55,859 nucleotides of DNA from Candidatus Zambryskibacteria bacterium RIFCSPLOWO2_02_FULL_39_26. GTDB lineage: Bacteria > Patescibacteriota > Minisyncoccia > Phycocordibacterales > DATDWN01. The notes under the pieces were generated by a model that was not told where the DNA came from, did not search any database, and saw only the letters and a program-made list of their open reading frames with translations. The stretch spans positions 1 through 55,859 of the forward strand of contig MHWN01000005.1 in NCBI GenBank assembly GCA_001825395.1, read 5' to 3'. The position numbers and the translations under genes are program-made. Below, in pieces: positions 30,728 through 41,021 of this stretch; position 1 is the first letter of the stretch, and every line of letters begins with the position of its first letter.

Positions 30728-31518
30728 CCCTCATGATTTTAGAAACAAAAAAATTATTTTTTAGAAAAACATTTGTTTTTTCCAGTCCAGATGTTTTTAT
30801 AGATTTATGTAAAAGTGGCAGATATTCTTCTGTGGTTGCTCTTTGTTATGATAAACTGCCAGAAGATTTCGTAAAAATGTATTCAGCGAAAAATTTAAAG
30901 ATTAGAAAAAAGAAACTGACGTATATTGATATCAAACTAAACGAGGAAGAGATTTTTGATAAATTTAACGATACCACTAAAAAACACGTTAAAAGAACAT
31001 TTAAAAACAGCGATTTAATTTTTAAACATACTCAAAACCCAACAATTAATTCATATAAGGTTTATGCTAATTTTGAATATTCTCAAGGGCGAGTACCTAT
31101 TTCATTTGATGAATTCAAAAAATATAGGTTGTTTAGCGCAGAATACAGAGGTCAAGAAATATCGGGCATATCACTGATTGAAGACAAACCAAACATTAAA
31201 ACTATCACTATCTACTCAAAAAGGGTTGTAACAGAAGACAAGGAAACATATAAAATCATCGCTCAAGCTACTAGAAGAATAGTTTGGGAAATATGTTTAT
31301 GGGCCAAAAAAGAAGGATTTAGACTTTTTGATCTGGGTTCAATTAATTTGGATGACCCAGTAAAAGCCGGAGTAACCGAATTTAAACTTTCTTTCGGTGG
31401 GGAAGTTATTCCCGAATACACTTTCATTTATAAATCAATACACTTCGCATTTTTTGAAAATTTAGTTAGTATAAAAGTTCTATTTAAAAAAATACTTTTT
31501 ATTCTTAAACTGGCGTAA
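30724..31518 (+). CDS. FemAB/GNAT-like acyl- or aminoacyltransferase (start may be ATG 30733)
   Basis: WAKKEGFRLFDLG, GVTEFKLSFGG. Confidence 0.75.
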   Translation: MTLMILETKKLFFRKTFVFSSPDVFIDLCKSGRYSSVVALCYDKLPEDFVKMYSAKNLKIRKKKLTYIDIKLNEEEIFDKFNDTTKKHVKRTFKNSDLIFKHTQNPTINSYKVYANFEYSQGRVPISFDEFKKYRLFSAEYRGQEISGISLIEDKPNIKTITIYSKRVVTEDKETYKIIAQATRRIVWEICLWAKKEGFRLFDLGSINLDDPVKAGVTEFKLSFGGEVIPEYTFIYKSIHFAFFENLVSIKVLFKKILFILKLA

Positions 31519-32511
31519 TACGGGAGATATTTTTGTGATTAATTTCGGGGCTATAACCATACTTAAAAATTGTAGATTTTCTGGGAAATAAAATAGGTTT
31601 TTGCTCAGAGTAATCCATGCGAAATTTCTTATATCTTTGCCGTGAAGTGTATCTAACATCAATCCGCCCATAGTAAAAGCGGCATAGAGCTTTTTATAAT
31701 TTTTGTATTCACTTGGTATGTATTCTTTTATAACATTAGCCACTTCTTCATTATCAAATATATTAAAAAATACAATACTTCTACTATCCTGTGTCCAGCT
31801 CGTCTCATTTTTACGGTGAAGTACAAAAGGTTTTGCAATAATTAGAAATCGTCCATACTTACTAATTCCTATTAAAACTTGTGCTTGCCATAGGTACAGG
31901 TTTTCTGATCGTAGGTGTTTTTTTGCAGAAGCTTCTTCTTCTAAAAATAGATCTTTTCTAAAAATTACAGATGGAAGAAGGTTTGTTAAATACATCCAAT
32001 TATTTATATTACTCAGCATTTTATAATCTCTCTGAAAATCTTCTACAAAAACATCTTTACTAATATTTAGACGATTTTCCAGAACAATTTTGAAGTTATG
32101 ATTGGCGTCATCTAGAGAAATCATATTCGATGTGTTAACCAGGATAAAATTAGGGTTTTTTTCTTTTATGCATTTTATGAAATATTCTATAGCTCCTTCG
32201 CGTAATAAGTCATCATCTCCACAAATAAGGATATGTTCACTAAGAGCTTCCTTTAACAGGGATTCGATATTTTTAGAGAGTCCAAGGTTTTTTTGATGAT
32301 TGAAACCGCGGACAAATTTATATTGTTTTTTGATTTCATCTATGTAATTGTCTGTCTGATCTCTTGAGGCGTCGTTTCCAATGATGATCTCGACAGCTTC
32401 CTCTAAACCACCTTTTTTAATTTGGTTGATTAAACAAGTGACCATTGTTTCTAGAAACAATGGTCTTTTATATGTAGGTAAAAGTATGCTTAGTAATTTT
32501 TTTTCATTCAT
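31480..32511 (-). CDS. Glycosyltransferase family 2, resembling RfbV-type 3,6-dideoxyhexose transferases
   Basis: LSILLPTYKR, NDASRD, NLG, GDDD; directly downstream of the RfbH-like gene. Confidence 0.75.
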   Translation of the reverse strand: MNEKKLLSILLPTYKRPLFLETMVTCLINQIKKGGLEEAVEIIIGNDASRDQTDNYIDEIKKQYKFVRGFNHQKNLGLSKNIESLLKEALSEHILICGDDDLLREGAIEYFIKCIKEKNPNFILVNTSNMISLDDANHNFKIVLENRLNISKDVFVEDFQRDYKMLSNINNWMYLTNLLPSVIFRKDLFLEEEASAKKHLRSENLYLWQAQVLIGISKYGRFLIIAKPFVLHRKNETSWTQDSRSIVFFNIFDNEEVANVIKEYIPSEYKNYKKLYAAFTMGGLMLDTLHGKDIRNFAWITLSKNLFYFPENLQFLSMVIAPKLITKISPVLRQFKNKKYFFK

Positions 32512-33676
32512 TTCCAGTTTTTTCTTTGAAGAAATCATCGAATATCTTTACAACATATTCTCTGTCTTTTTGGTCCATCCGAGGATGAACTCCTATCCAA
32601 AAACTATGACTAAGAATGTAATTTGCATCATCTAATTTGGAGCCGATTCTGTACTTTACGTTTTTATAGGCGGGGTGTCTGGTTATATTACCAGCAAACA
32701 TAGAACGTGTTTCTATACCATTTTTTTCTAAGTGTGCCACTAATTTACCCCTATCTCCATCATAAGTTAAAGGAAAAGCAAACCAACAAATATCTGCTCC
32801 ATCTACAGATTTAGGAAGTATCATAGGATATTTACCTAAATGTTTATATAAGTAATCAAAATTAGTTTTTCTCAACTTTCTTATTTTATCCGCTTTTCTC
32901 AATTGAATCCTACCCATAGCTGCCTGAAGTTCTAGTATCTGGAAGTTATAGCCCATTTTATCGTATACAAAACGAGGATTGTAATCTTTTGGAAGAGTCT
33001 TCACATTGTGAGGTCTATCGGTGTTAGATTGTCTGCCCCAGTCTCGGTACATTCTGACATTTTGAGCCAACTCTTTGTTGTTTGTAAATATTCCACCCCC
33101 CACTCCCATAGAAACAATATGTGCAGCGTGAAATGAGGTGATTGAAATATCCCCAAATGAACCGAGCATCTTTCCATTTATTGAACCTCCCCAAGTATCA
33201 CATCCGTCTTCTATGACTTTGATCTTGTGTTTGTGGGCAACTTTCATAAGTCTTGGCATATCTACTGGGTTCCCCACTGGGTGTATAGCGATGATGGCTT
33301 TGGTTTTTTTAGATATAGCTTTTTCGACTTCGTCCACGTCAAAGGTGTATGTGCCAATTTTTGCATCAACTACGACAGGGATAAGGCCACATTGAATTAT
33401 GATATTGAATATAGTGGGAAAGGTGCAGGCAGATATGATAACCTCCGAACTCTTTGGTAGTTCCAAGGCTGAAAGGGCAAGAAGTCCAGCAGACGAGCCT
33501 GAGTTAGTCAGTATTCCGTATTTCACACCCAGGAATTTAGCTGCTTCCTCTTCCATCTTTGCCCCTTCCTCGCCTTGTTGCCAATTACCCCTATCTTTAT
33601 TGATTGTTTTAATAATAGCGTTAACTTCTTCGTCTCCAATCATCGCGCCCCCATATCTGATTTTGTGTTTTTTCAT
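32504..33676 (-). CDS. RfbH/DdhC(E1)-like PLP-dependent NDP-4-keto-6-deoxyhexose 3-dehydratase homolog
   Basis: NSGSSAGL, EDGCDTWG, SFHAAHIVSMGVGG, RDWGR, ETRSMFAGN. Confidence 0.7.
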   Translation of the reverse strand: MKKHKIRYGGAMIGDEEVNAIIKTINKDRGNWQQGEEGAKMEEEAAKFLGVKYGILTNSGSSAGLLALSALELPKSSEVIISACTFPTIFNIIIQCGLIPVVVDAKIGTYTFDVDEVEKAISKKTKAIIAIHPVGNPVDMPRLMKVAHKHKIKVIEDGCDTWGGSINGKMLGSFGDISITSFHAAHIVSMGVGGGIFTNNKELAQNVRMYRDWGRQSNTDRPHNVKTLPKDYNPRFVYDKMGYNFQILELQAAMGRIQLRKADKIRKLRKTNFDYLYKHLGKYPMILPKSVDGADICWFAFPLTYDGDRGKLVAHLEKNGIETRSMFAGNITRHPAYKNVKYRIGSKLDDANYILSHSFWIGVHPRMDQKDREYVVKIFDDFFKEKTGNE

Positions 33677-33766
33677 TTGTTTATTGTTTTCTTTTACTTT
33701 GTACAATATCATATTTGAGCTTAATGACAAGGTTTTATTCGCTTTCTGAATACAGTAAAATTATTT

Positions 33767-34165
33767 TTAAATTCCTAATTCTGACACTATTTTGATGGCA
33801 TTCAGTTTAGATGGCCAGCGAACAGTAATTAACACTGAATCCTCAATCGCTTTCCAAGTGTGTGGAATTTCTGCGGGATAAATTAAGTAATCTCCTTCGG
33901 TCTCCATTAAGCATTCGCCAATTTCTGGAAAAATATTTACGAATTTTCCTTTTACCAAGATTGTCAAGGTTTTAGCCTCAACACTTTTAGTCCAACCATC
34001 TTTTTTATCTCCAGCGCTATGTATGGACCACATAACTTCAACTGTCGAATCCTTTCGTAATCCTTTTGATTCATCAATGAAAGATCCAATCAACCACTGA
34101 CGTTTGTTTCTGTCCTTATAAGCATTTCCTTTTATAACCTGGTCACTTATTTTTTTTACAGCCAT
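33767..34165 (-). CDS. Cupin-fold protein
   Basis: WLIGSF, TLTILVKGKF, EGDYLIY, HTWKA, TVRWPS. Confidence 0.65.
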   Translation of the reverse strand: MAVKKISDQVIKGNAYKDRNKRQWLIGSFIDESKGLRKDSTVEVMWSIHSAGDKKDGWTKSVEAKTLTILVKGKFVNIFPEIGECLMETEGDYLIYPAEIPHTWKAIEDSVLITVRWPSKLNAIKIVSELGI

Positions 34166-35208
34166 TTGTTATTTTTCTTTTGCCACTCGATCGTATCTTT
34201 TAAAGATTTTTCAAACGACACGGGTGATTTCCATCCTTTCTTTTTTAATTTTGAATCATCGAGTCCATAATGCTTATCATGTCCTGGTCGTGTAAATTGA
34301 GAACTTTTCAGTTCGTATTTAAGTTTTTTGCCCATCAATTTGGCAATAAGTTGTGATAATTGCAAGTTATCCAATTGCTTGTCGCCAGCAATATTGTATC
34401 TGTCAGGTTTGTCTATTGTGTCCGGTATGTGTAGGTATGGAGGAAGATTTTTAATAATAAACAAAATTGCATCTGCCGAATTTCTTGAATGAATATATGA
34501 ACGTGAACCGATATCACCCTTCTTGCCATGAATTATAACTGTCTGGTCATTTTCAACTAATTTCTGAATCATAACAGGGAATTTTGATCCTTGTTGCATT
34601 TCTCCAAAATTATTCATCGTATTAGTAATAATGATCGGTACATTGTATGTTCTCCAGTAGGAAATTGCGATTGCTTCCTGGCATGCTTTTGAGGCAGCAT
34701 AAGGATTGGAGGGAACAATAGGTGCCCATTCTTTAAACCCTGTTACACCGTTTGATGGTCCGTATACTTCATCAGTAGAAAATTGAATAAACGTTTCTGG
34801 CTTAACTTCACGAGCGTATTCTAGGATGTTTAAGGTCAACCATACATTGTTTTGGAAATAGGTTACTGGGTCATGTATGCTTGCTTCAACATCAGACAGA
34901 GCTGCAAGGTTGATAATATAATCGATTCTTCCCATTTTTTTCTTTGTTACCTCAGAAAATGGGCCAATCAAATCATGAGTGATCATAGTCAGTCTTTCTT
35001 GCCATTCTGGATTGCCTTCAATTATATGAGCAATTCTATCTGACCAACCTCTGTGTCTGAAACTAGCAACACCTATGACATGCCAGTTTGTATTGTGCAT
35101 TATGTGGGCATAAAAATGACAACCAATACTTCCTCCTATTCCAGTTAAGAGGACCCTCTTAACTTCCCCCTTATTGTTCGTTTCTTTATCGATTTTTTGT
35201 CTAGCCAT
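34156..35208 (-). CDS. dTDP-glucose 4,6-dehydratase-like extended SDR
   Basis: LTGIGGSIG, NLAALS, FSTDEVYG, PSNPYAASK, RPGHDKHY. Confidence 0.85.
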   Translation of the reverse strand: MARQKIDKETNNKGEVKRVLLTGIGGSIGCHFYAHIMHNTNWHVIGVASFRHRGWSDRIAHIIEGNPEWQERLTMITHDLIGPFSEVTKKKMGRIDYIINLAALSDVEASIHDPVTYFQNNVWLTLNILEYAREVKPETFIQFSTDEVYGPSNGVTGFKEWAPIVPSNPYAASKACQEAIAISYWRTYNVPIIITNTMNNFGEMQQGSKFPVMIQKLVENDQTVIIHGKKGDIGSRSYIHSRNSADAILFIIKNLPPYLHIPDTIDKPDRYNIAGDKQLDNLQLSQLIAKLMGKKLKYELKSSQFTRPGHDKHYGLDDSKLKKKGWKSPVSFEKSLKDTIEWQKKNNKWL

Positions 35209-35284
35209 AAAATTGTAAAAAAGACTCACATTTTTGGTAAATGAATATCAATAAAATTAGCATACAATATCATAAAAGTCACCC

Positions 35285-36397
35285 TTATATTTTTCTTGGA
35301 ATAAAATGTTTCTCGTCTCTCCATTCTAGAATAAAAAGACGTTTAGCTTCAGCGTGTAGGGATATATCCCAGTTTATTTCTCCAGTTTCATCTTTAATAC
35401 CCGGTATATTGTTTTTTTGACATATTACCCGAACATTGTCGTGCCATTTTTTCTCATTTCCTCCTGTCATATTATTAAGGTGATCACAAGCTGTCCCTAT
35501 TGAAGCTAGTGTGTAACCTGCTTCTAACATTCGACAACTCATTATTCTGTCGTAGTGATAATATAAAAGCGGAGGATAATTAGGTTCTTTTAGATTTTCC
35601 CATGCGCTTCGACGAAGTGCCATAACGCATCCATCTATAACAACACATTGTGTTAATCCATCATAACGTTGTCCATGAAGAGACGCAGGAGTGCCAGTCC
35701 ATGATTCATCTTTATATGAGTATGTCTTACCTAGAAAATTGGAAGTCGTTCCCCATAACCGACTGCCATTTTCTGCCATTTCATCAGAACCAACAAATCC
35801 AACCATTCCTAATCTATTATCCTTTTCAAATATGTATCGCAGTAGAACATCAAAACCATTCTCTTCTATCATAATATCGTTATGTATGAATAAAAGGATA
35901 TCTCCGGTAGTATTTTCCATCCAAAATTTAAAATTAGGATAACCTCCCTTGTCTGTAACCACTTTTATATTTATAGGTTTGTCTGGCAAATCTCCTTTTT
36001 CAATGACAAAATCACCACCACCATCCATAACAACTATCTCCATCTTTCCTATTGAAGAGGAAACAAGTTTGGATAAGCAAAGTTTGGATAATTCATGCTG
36101 ACCGAGCACGGTAACTATGACGGAAAGTTTTGGCAATTTTCTTTCCGCCAGATAATATTTATAAGCCTCTTCTCTTAGTTTTTCTCCTGCCTGTGAATTA
36201 AAAATTCTCCGGAGTAATGCTCGTCCTTTGTAATACAATAGGCGTCTTATTTTATACAAAAAAGCTCTAAAACCTTCTTTGAATATCATTTCCCAAGCAT
36301 TTCTAGCTTTCATTACTAAAGTTGGCTTTTCAATATTTACGGTTTTATTGAAGGATATAGGTAGAGCTTCTTTAGAAAAAGATTTTTGATTGTCCAT
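35285..36397 (-). CDS. Glycosyltransferase family 2-like protein
   Basis: LSVIVTV, FIHND, GMVGFVG, VIDGCVMALRR, HYD. Confidence 0.7.
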   Translation of the reverse strand: MDNQKSFSKEALPISFNKTVNIEKPTLVMKARNAWEMIFKEGFRAFLYKIRRLLYYKGRALLRRIFNSQAGEKLREEAYKYYLAERKLPKLSVIVTVLGQHELSKLCLSKLVSSSIGKMEIVVMDGGGDFVIEKGDLPDKPINIKVVTDKGGYPNFKFWMENTTGDILLFIHNDIMIEENGFDVLLRYIFEKDNRLGMVGFVGSDEMAENGSRLWGTTSNFLGKTYSYKDESWTGTPASLHGQRYDGLTQCVVIDGCVMALRRSAWENLKEPNYPPLLYYHYDRIMSCRMLEAGYTLASIGTACDHLNNMTGGNEKKWHDNVRVICQKNNIPGIKDETGEINWDISLHAEAKRLFILEWRDEKHFIPRKI

Positions 36398-36562
36398 CTA
36401 TAATTTTAAATTAAGAATTATTTAATATCCGAATATTATCATAACCTCTTAAAAAAGAGTAATTTTCAATATTTATTTGATTAATCCATAAAATAGTGTA
36501 TTCTTTTAAACAGATAAGGGTTCTTTGATAGACCCAAAAAATTCAGAAAAGGGAAGGTTGAA

Positions 36563-38503
36563 ATGAACAGAAAACGCAATGTCCAGCTGGTTCAGGTAAA
36601 CTACCAGTATGGGCAAAACGTTTTTGTCCCATACTCCGTCGGCTCGCTTCAAGCATACGCCGAAACTGTTCCAGAAATTAGGAACAGTTTCAACTTTCAG
36701 GAACCACTTTTCTTACGAGAAGATCCTGTGAGTGTCGTCCGAAACATGAAAAATCCGACGGTTGTCGGTTTCTCGTGCTACCTCTGGAACTGGGAGTACA
36801 ACACGACTCTAGCCAGAGCTGTGAGGGAAGCCTTTCCCAAAGCACTCATTGTTTTTGGAGGAACGCAGGTGCCAAACGCCTCGGATGGATTTTTCGAAAA
36901 GTATCCATGCGTGGATATTTTAGTCCATCATGAGGGTGAGTTGCCGTTCGCTGATATCCTTCAGGAGTCGCTTTCGGCAAGTCCGGACTATACCAGCATA
37001 ACGGGGTTGAGTGTCAGAGTAGAAGGGGTGGAAACCCTGAAGACTTTGTCGCGCGAGAGGGTGAAAGACTTGTCGATCTTGCCTTCGCCGTACCTTGCTG
37101 GGATCTTTGACTTTATGTTGGGACGAGGATTTTCGCTCAATGTCAGTCAGGAGACCAATCGTGGTTGCCCGTACTCTTGCACGTTCTGTGACTGGGGCGG
37201 AGCCACTTACTCCAAAATGTTTTCTATTGACATAGATCGGATTCTCGCAGAGTTCGACTGGTTCGGTAGAAACAAGGCGGAGTACTTGTTCAATTGTGAT
37301 GCCAACTATGGCATCTTGCCTCGTGATCACGATCTCACCATGAAAATGGTGGAGACTCGCGCGAGGTACAATGGATATCCGAAGAGATTTCGGATGTGCA
37401 CTGCAAAAAACAGCAACGACAAGATCTTTGAAATCGTCAAGATTCTGTCGGATGTTGGAATGAACAAGGGCGCCACGTTGTCGTTTCAGTCCATGGACGA
37501 GGGGACGCTCACGATTGTCAAGAGAAGGAACATCAAGATTACGCAGTTCTCTCACTTGATGGATCGGTACAGGGAAGCGGGGATTGCCACCTACACCGAA
37601 CTTATCTTGGCCATGCCGGGAGAATCTTACCAAAGCACCAAGGATGGCATTGACACTCTGATTGATGGCCAAGACGACAACGTCAACATCTACGTCTATC
37701 CTTGTACAGCGTTACCCAACTCGGAGATGAGTGATCCGAGATACGTTGAGGTGCACCAGATAAAGTCGGTGCGTATGCCGATTCTTCTGGCACACTCAAC
37801 CCCAGAACCGGAGTCACTAACTGAGTACAGCGAGGCGATTGTGGAGACGTCAACCATGTCCCGAGAGGACTGGTGTTGGGCGTACATGTTTTACTGGGCA
37901 GTTCAGGGGTTTCATTGTCTTGGACTGACTCAACACATCGCTATCTTCTTCCACAAGTTTTTCGGTTTGAAGTATAGCGATTTCTACGAGAAGCTTGTTA
38001 ATTACTTCACCGAGAACAAGGAAACGTTTATCGGTGAAGAAGTCGCTCTGACTTGGAACATCGTCAGAGCAGCGCAAGGCGGTGGGCGTCTAGACCGGAT
38101 TCTTCCGCGATTCGGGAATATTTACTGGCCACTGGAGGAGGCCACGTTTCTGAATCTGATTACCTACAAGGAGAAGTCTTACGGAGAGATCCGTGGATTT
38201 CTGAATGTGCTGGTGCGTGATTTGGGTCTGGGCGAGATTGATCCGGTTTTACTCGACGATGTCGTCTTGTACGCATCGTCGAGGATTATTGGTCCGAATC
38301 TTCCGCCAGTATCGATCGAGCTCCATTACAACCTGCATGAGTACTTGAGTAGGTTGCGGGATCCGTCGGTTAGGCTAGAAAAAATGCCGATGAGTCTCAC
38401 TATCAAAGCCGAGACAGATTTTGGTGGAGATCTTGAACGCTACGCTAAGGAAGTTGTGTGGTACGGCAGGAAAGGTGGAAAGTTCCACCATCCTGTTGTC
38501 TAA
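36563..38503 (+). CDS. Cobalamin-binding radical SAM protein; GC-richer than its flanks
   Basis: B12-binding N-domain (GFSCYLWN, FGGTQV, EGE) and CxxxCxxC in RGCPYSCTFCDWG; SD-like GGGAAGG upstream. Confidence 0.9.
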   Translation: MNRKRNVQLVQVNYQYGQNVFVPYSVGSLQAYAETVPEIRNSFNFQEPLFLREDPVSVVRNMKNPTVVGFSCYLWNWEYNTTLARAVREAFPKALIVFGGTQVPNASDGFFEKYPCVDILVHHEGELPFADILQESLSASPDYTSITGLSVRVEGVETLKTLSRERVKDLSILPSPYLAGIFDFMLGRGFSLNVSQETNRGCPYSCTFCDWGGATYSKMFSIDIDRILAEFDWFGRNKAEYLFNCDANYGILPRDHDLTMKMVETRARYNGYPKRFRMCTAKNSNDKIFEIVKILSDVGMNKGATLSFQSMDEGTLTIVKRRNIKITQFSHLMDRYREAGIATYTELILAMPGESYQSTKDGIDTLIDGQDDNVNIYVYPCTALPNSEMSDPRYVEVHQIKSVRMPILLAHSTPEPESLTEYSEAIVETSTMSREDWCWAYMFYWAVQGFHCLGLTQHIAIFFHKFFGLKYSDFYEKLVNYFTENKETFIGEEVALTWNIVRAAQGGGRLDRILPRFGNIYWPLEEATFLNLITYKEKSYGEIRGFLNVLVRDLGLGEIDPVLLDDVVLYASSRIIGPNLPPVSIELHYNLHEYLSRLRDPSVRLEKMPMSLTIKAETDFGGDLERYAKEVVWYGRKGGKFHHPVV

Positions 38504-38516
38504 GAGCAACAGGTCC

Positions 38517-39623
38517 TCAAACGTCTAGGTGGGTCACTCCATCTAGACGTTTTTCTAATTCCTTAAACCAAAACAAAGTATATGATGTTTTGGTGGGGTA
38601 TATTATATTACCCAAAATAATTCCTAATTTCTGTTTCCATTTGGGAAGATGAAAAGAAGGGGTAATTTTTATGTCAGGATAAGCAGATAGCAGATCCTTT
38701 TTTGAGGAAAAATTTTCTACTTTTTTTACTACACGTTCAAATGTTTGAATACCCACTTTCTCTAAAGAGATTCTAAAAAGTCTATATACTATCTTATGTC
38801 CTGGTTTTATTTCATCTAATCCAAGAAGATCCATGTCAAGTTTGCAATCATAATTTTTCTCTCCAATGGCAAGTTTTTTATAATTCTCTACTTGAATCGG
38901 TTTAGACATAAAAACATGGACAGTTCCATCATAGACAGGATATTTATGCATAAATTCTGTAAAATTATCAAATTTTTGCTGAAAGACCTCTTTGTATTCG
39001 GGGTTTTTTTCAAACCATTTTGACATATCAGTTGATCTTTGGCCATGCCATCCAAATTGGCCATTCCATACCACACCTCTGTTATTTCCCTCGATGCTGA
39101 ATCTTGAAGCAATTTCAATTGGGGCAAAAACCATGCCCTCTTTTTCTAAATATGGACGAGCAATTTCGCAAACCCACAAGTCTTCAGGATGATAAGAACC
39201 CCCAATTTTTTTGTAATTTTTTACATAATAATCTAGTAATCGTTTACTTCTTATGCTAAAACCACCACTTCCTATCATTGGCTTTCCAAATTGGTACCAT
39301 GGCGCACCGATATAATCATATTTTAGAAAATCTGGATCCCAAGCGGCAGGATTGGCGATGAATGCGTCTGGATGAAAAAATAAAGCATATTTAGTATCAA
39401 CAAATTTACCAACCTCGGAAATGTAATATAAGGAATATTTCTGCCAATCATTAAGTAGTTCTGGCACAGGAACTACTCTCGGATCGTCTGATGGAATTGA
39501 AGAAAGAATCTTCACTGCGCCGAAAGAAAATTCTCTTTCACAGATGTCAGCTGCAACTAAAGTTTGTTTTAGATTGACACAGTCAAAAGTGATCAGGGTT
39601 ACATTCGGTAAATGTTTTTTCAT
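38517..39623 (-). CDS. DUF5672-like glycosyltransferase-related domain fused to a C-terminal ASCH/PUA-like domain
   Basis: N-terminal YDYIGAPW and GSGGFSIRSKRLL; C-terminal YKKLAIGEKNYDCKL...EIKPGHKIVY...VKKVENFSSKKDLL. Confidence 0.65.
   Translation of the reverse strand: MKKHLPNVTLITFDCVNLKQTLVAADICEREFSFGAVKILSSIPSDDPRVVPVPELLNDWQKYSLYYISEVGKFVDTKYALFFHPDAFIANPAAWDPDFLKYDYIGAPWYQFGKPMIGSGGFSIRSKRLLDYYVKNYKKIGGSYHPEDLWVCEIARPYLEKEGMVFAPIEIASRFSIEGNNRGVVWNGQFGWHGQRSTDMSKWFEKNPEYKEVFQQKFDNFTEFMHKYPVYDGTVHVFMSKPIQVENYKKLAIGEKNYDCKLDMDLLGLDEIKPGHKIVYRLFRISLEKVGIQTFERVVKKVENFSSKKDLLSAYPDIKITPSFHLPKWKQKLGIILGNIIYPTKTSYTLFWFKELEKRLDGVTHLDV
38519..38554 (+). terminator. Intrinsic terminator of the radical SAM gene, inside the 3' end of the convergent gene
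   Basis: AAACGTCTAG...CTAGACGTTT-TT. Confidence 0.7.
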
Positions 39624-39632
39624 TTTATTAAT

Positions 39633-40898
39633 TTATGTCGTCTCTCGAGACGCTCGATTATAGAGAAGGATATTTGTTGTGCTCCAACATATTTTTGTGA
39701 TTACTCGAGCCAGGACTAATCCAATAAGTCCCCAATATAGTATACCGACAAATAGTAAAACAATTTGTATTATTGTACCTAAAATAGTTCCTATATATTG
39801 TTCCTTAATTCTTTCTCTTATTATCAGATAAACTTCAGCGGGGGAAGATATCATACCCAAAAAGTAAAAAACAAATATTTGAGAATAAAAAATAGAATCA
39901 GTATATTTTGGAAATAAAATATGGAAAATGTATGGAGCCAGCACAATGTAAGTTATTATTATAACAATACTGGAAATAAAAAGTAAAAAATATTTATTTT
40001 TCATACCGTGTCGGATTTCTTTATCACTGCGCTCGGCGAATTTCGGAAAAATTAAACTGGCCAAACCTTTCATAGGTCCTTTTATTTGGTTGGGGATAGC
40101 GATGGCAAAGTTGTATATTGCCAGTTGAGCAGGTCCAATATAGTGAAAAACTAGTACTTGATCTATATTATCTACAATTGTTCCTAAAATATTTATTATA
40201 CTTAAATGTTTACTATAACCAAGGGCTCCCGAGTCCACTTTGTCGTTTGGTTTATAAATTTTTAAGACTCTTAAATAAAGAATTAGCCCAATCAATGTGT
40301 TGGAAGTAAAATAAACAGCCACAAACCATATAGGTTTGTTAGTTATGAGCATTGTTATAAAAAGGCAAAATGCGGGAAAAACATTTCCTATAAGATTAAA
40401 ATAAATTGAACTTCGCTTGAAATCCTTTTTTGCTACGAGGAAAGAGTTGTATAAGTTAGTACTGGCTATAAATGGTGAGAAAGATCCGACCACTAGCATT
40501 GATATAGCCAAAGAGATATTTTCATTTACAAAATAATAAATTGAAATACCAAGAATTACCAAAAAAAACAAAACACTCCACTTTATATTTTTCCAAAAGA
40601 TATCGTTTAACGTTCCTTCAAAACCACCTGTCACGGATTTCATAACTGCCGTACCAAGTCCAGTCAGAGTGAACACTCCAAGAATGTTTGCCAGTGATAG
40701 TATAAATTTATACTGACCATAAGTTTCTTTTGAAATAAAATAAGCGAATGCCATTGCCAGGAGGAGGGTGGAAACGGTAACAATTATCTGGCTGAAAATA
40801 GACCAAAAACCACCCTTAACTAGATAAACCATGTCGGTTTTGGTGTAGCGTTCCAAATATCTCAGGCCATTTATACCCTTATTTTTTAATACCTCCAT
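39633..40898 (-). CDS. Wzx-type oligosaccharide flippase
   Basis: About 12 TM helices, YGQY, IDQVLV, LAIYNFA. Confidence 0.85.
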   Translation of the reverse strand: MEVLKNKGINGLRYLERYTKTDMVYLVKGGFWSIFSQIIVTVSTLLLAMAFAYFISKETYGQYKFILSLANILGVFTLTGLGTAVMKSVTGGFEGTLNDIFWKNIKWSVLFFLVILGISIYYFVNENISLAISMLVVGSFSPFIASTNLYNSFLVAKKDFKRSSIYFNLIGNVFPAFCLFITMLITNKPIWFVAVYFTSNTLIGLILYLRVLKIYKPNDKVDSGALGYSKHLSIINILGTIVDNIDQVLVFHYIGPAQLAIYNFAIAIPNQIKGPMKGLASLIFPKFAERSDKEIRHGMKNKYFLLFISSIVIIITYIVLAPYIFHILFPKYTDSIFYSQIFVFYFLGMISSPAEVYLIIRERIKEQYIGTILGTIIQIVLLFVGILYWGLIGLVLARVITKICWSTTNILLYNRASRETT

Positions 40899-41021
40899 AA
40901 TCGTGTGTATGATATCACAAGGGCGGTATTTTACTAGAATATTAATGATTTGAAGATACTAGTAGTTACTTATATCCAAGGATTTGGTTAATTAATCAGG
41001 TAATGCTAATATGATTCAATT

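Noticed and set aside
36520..36530. boxA-like GTTCTTTGATA upstream of the radical SAM gene
   Set aside because: Single short match that is also part of a small GGGTT/GACCC hairpin; not seen before the other GC-richer genes.
36920..37672. 250-aa antisense ORF inside the radical SAM gene
   Set aside because: Shadow ORF expected in a GC-richer gene; no recognisable motifs.
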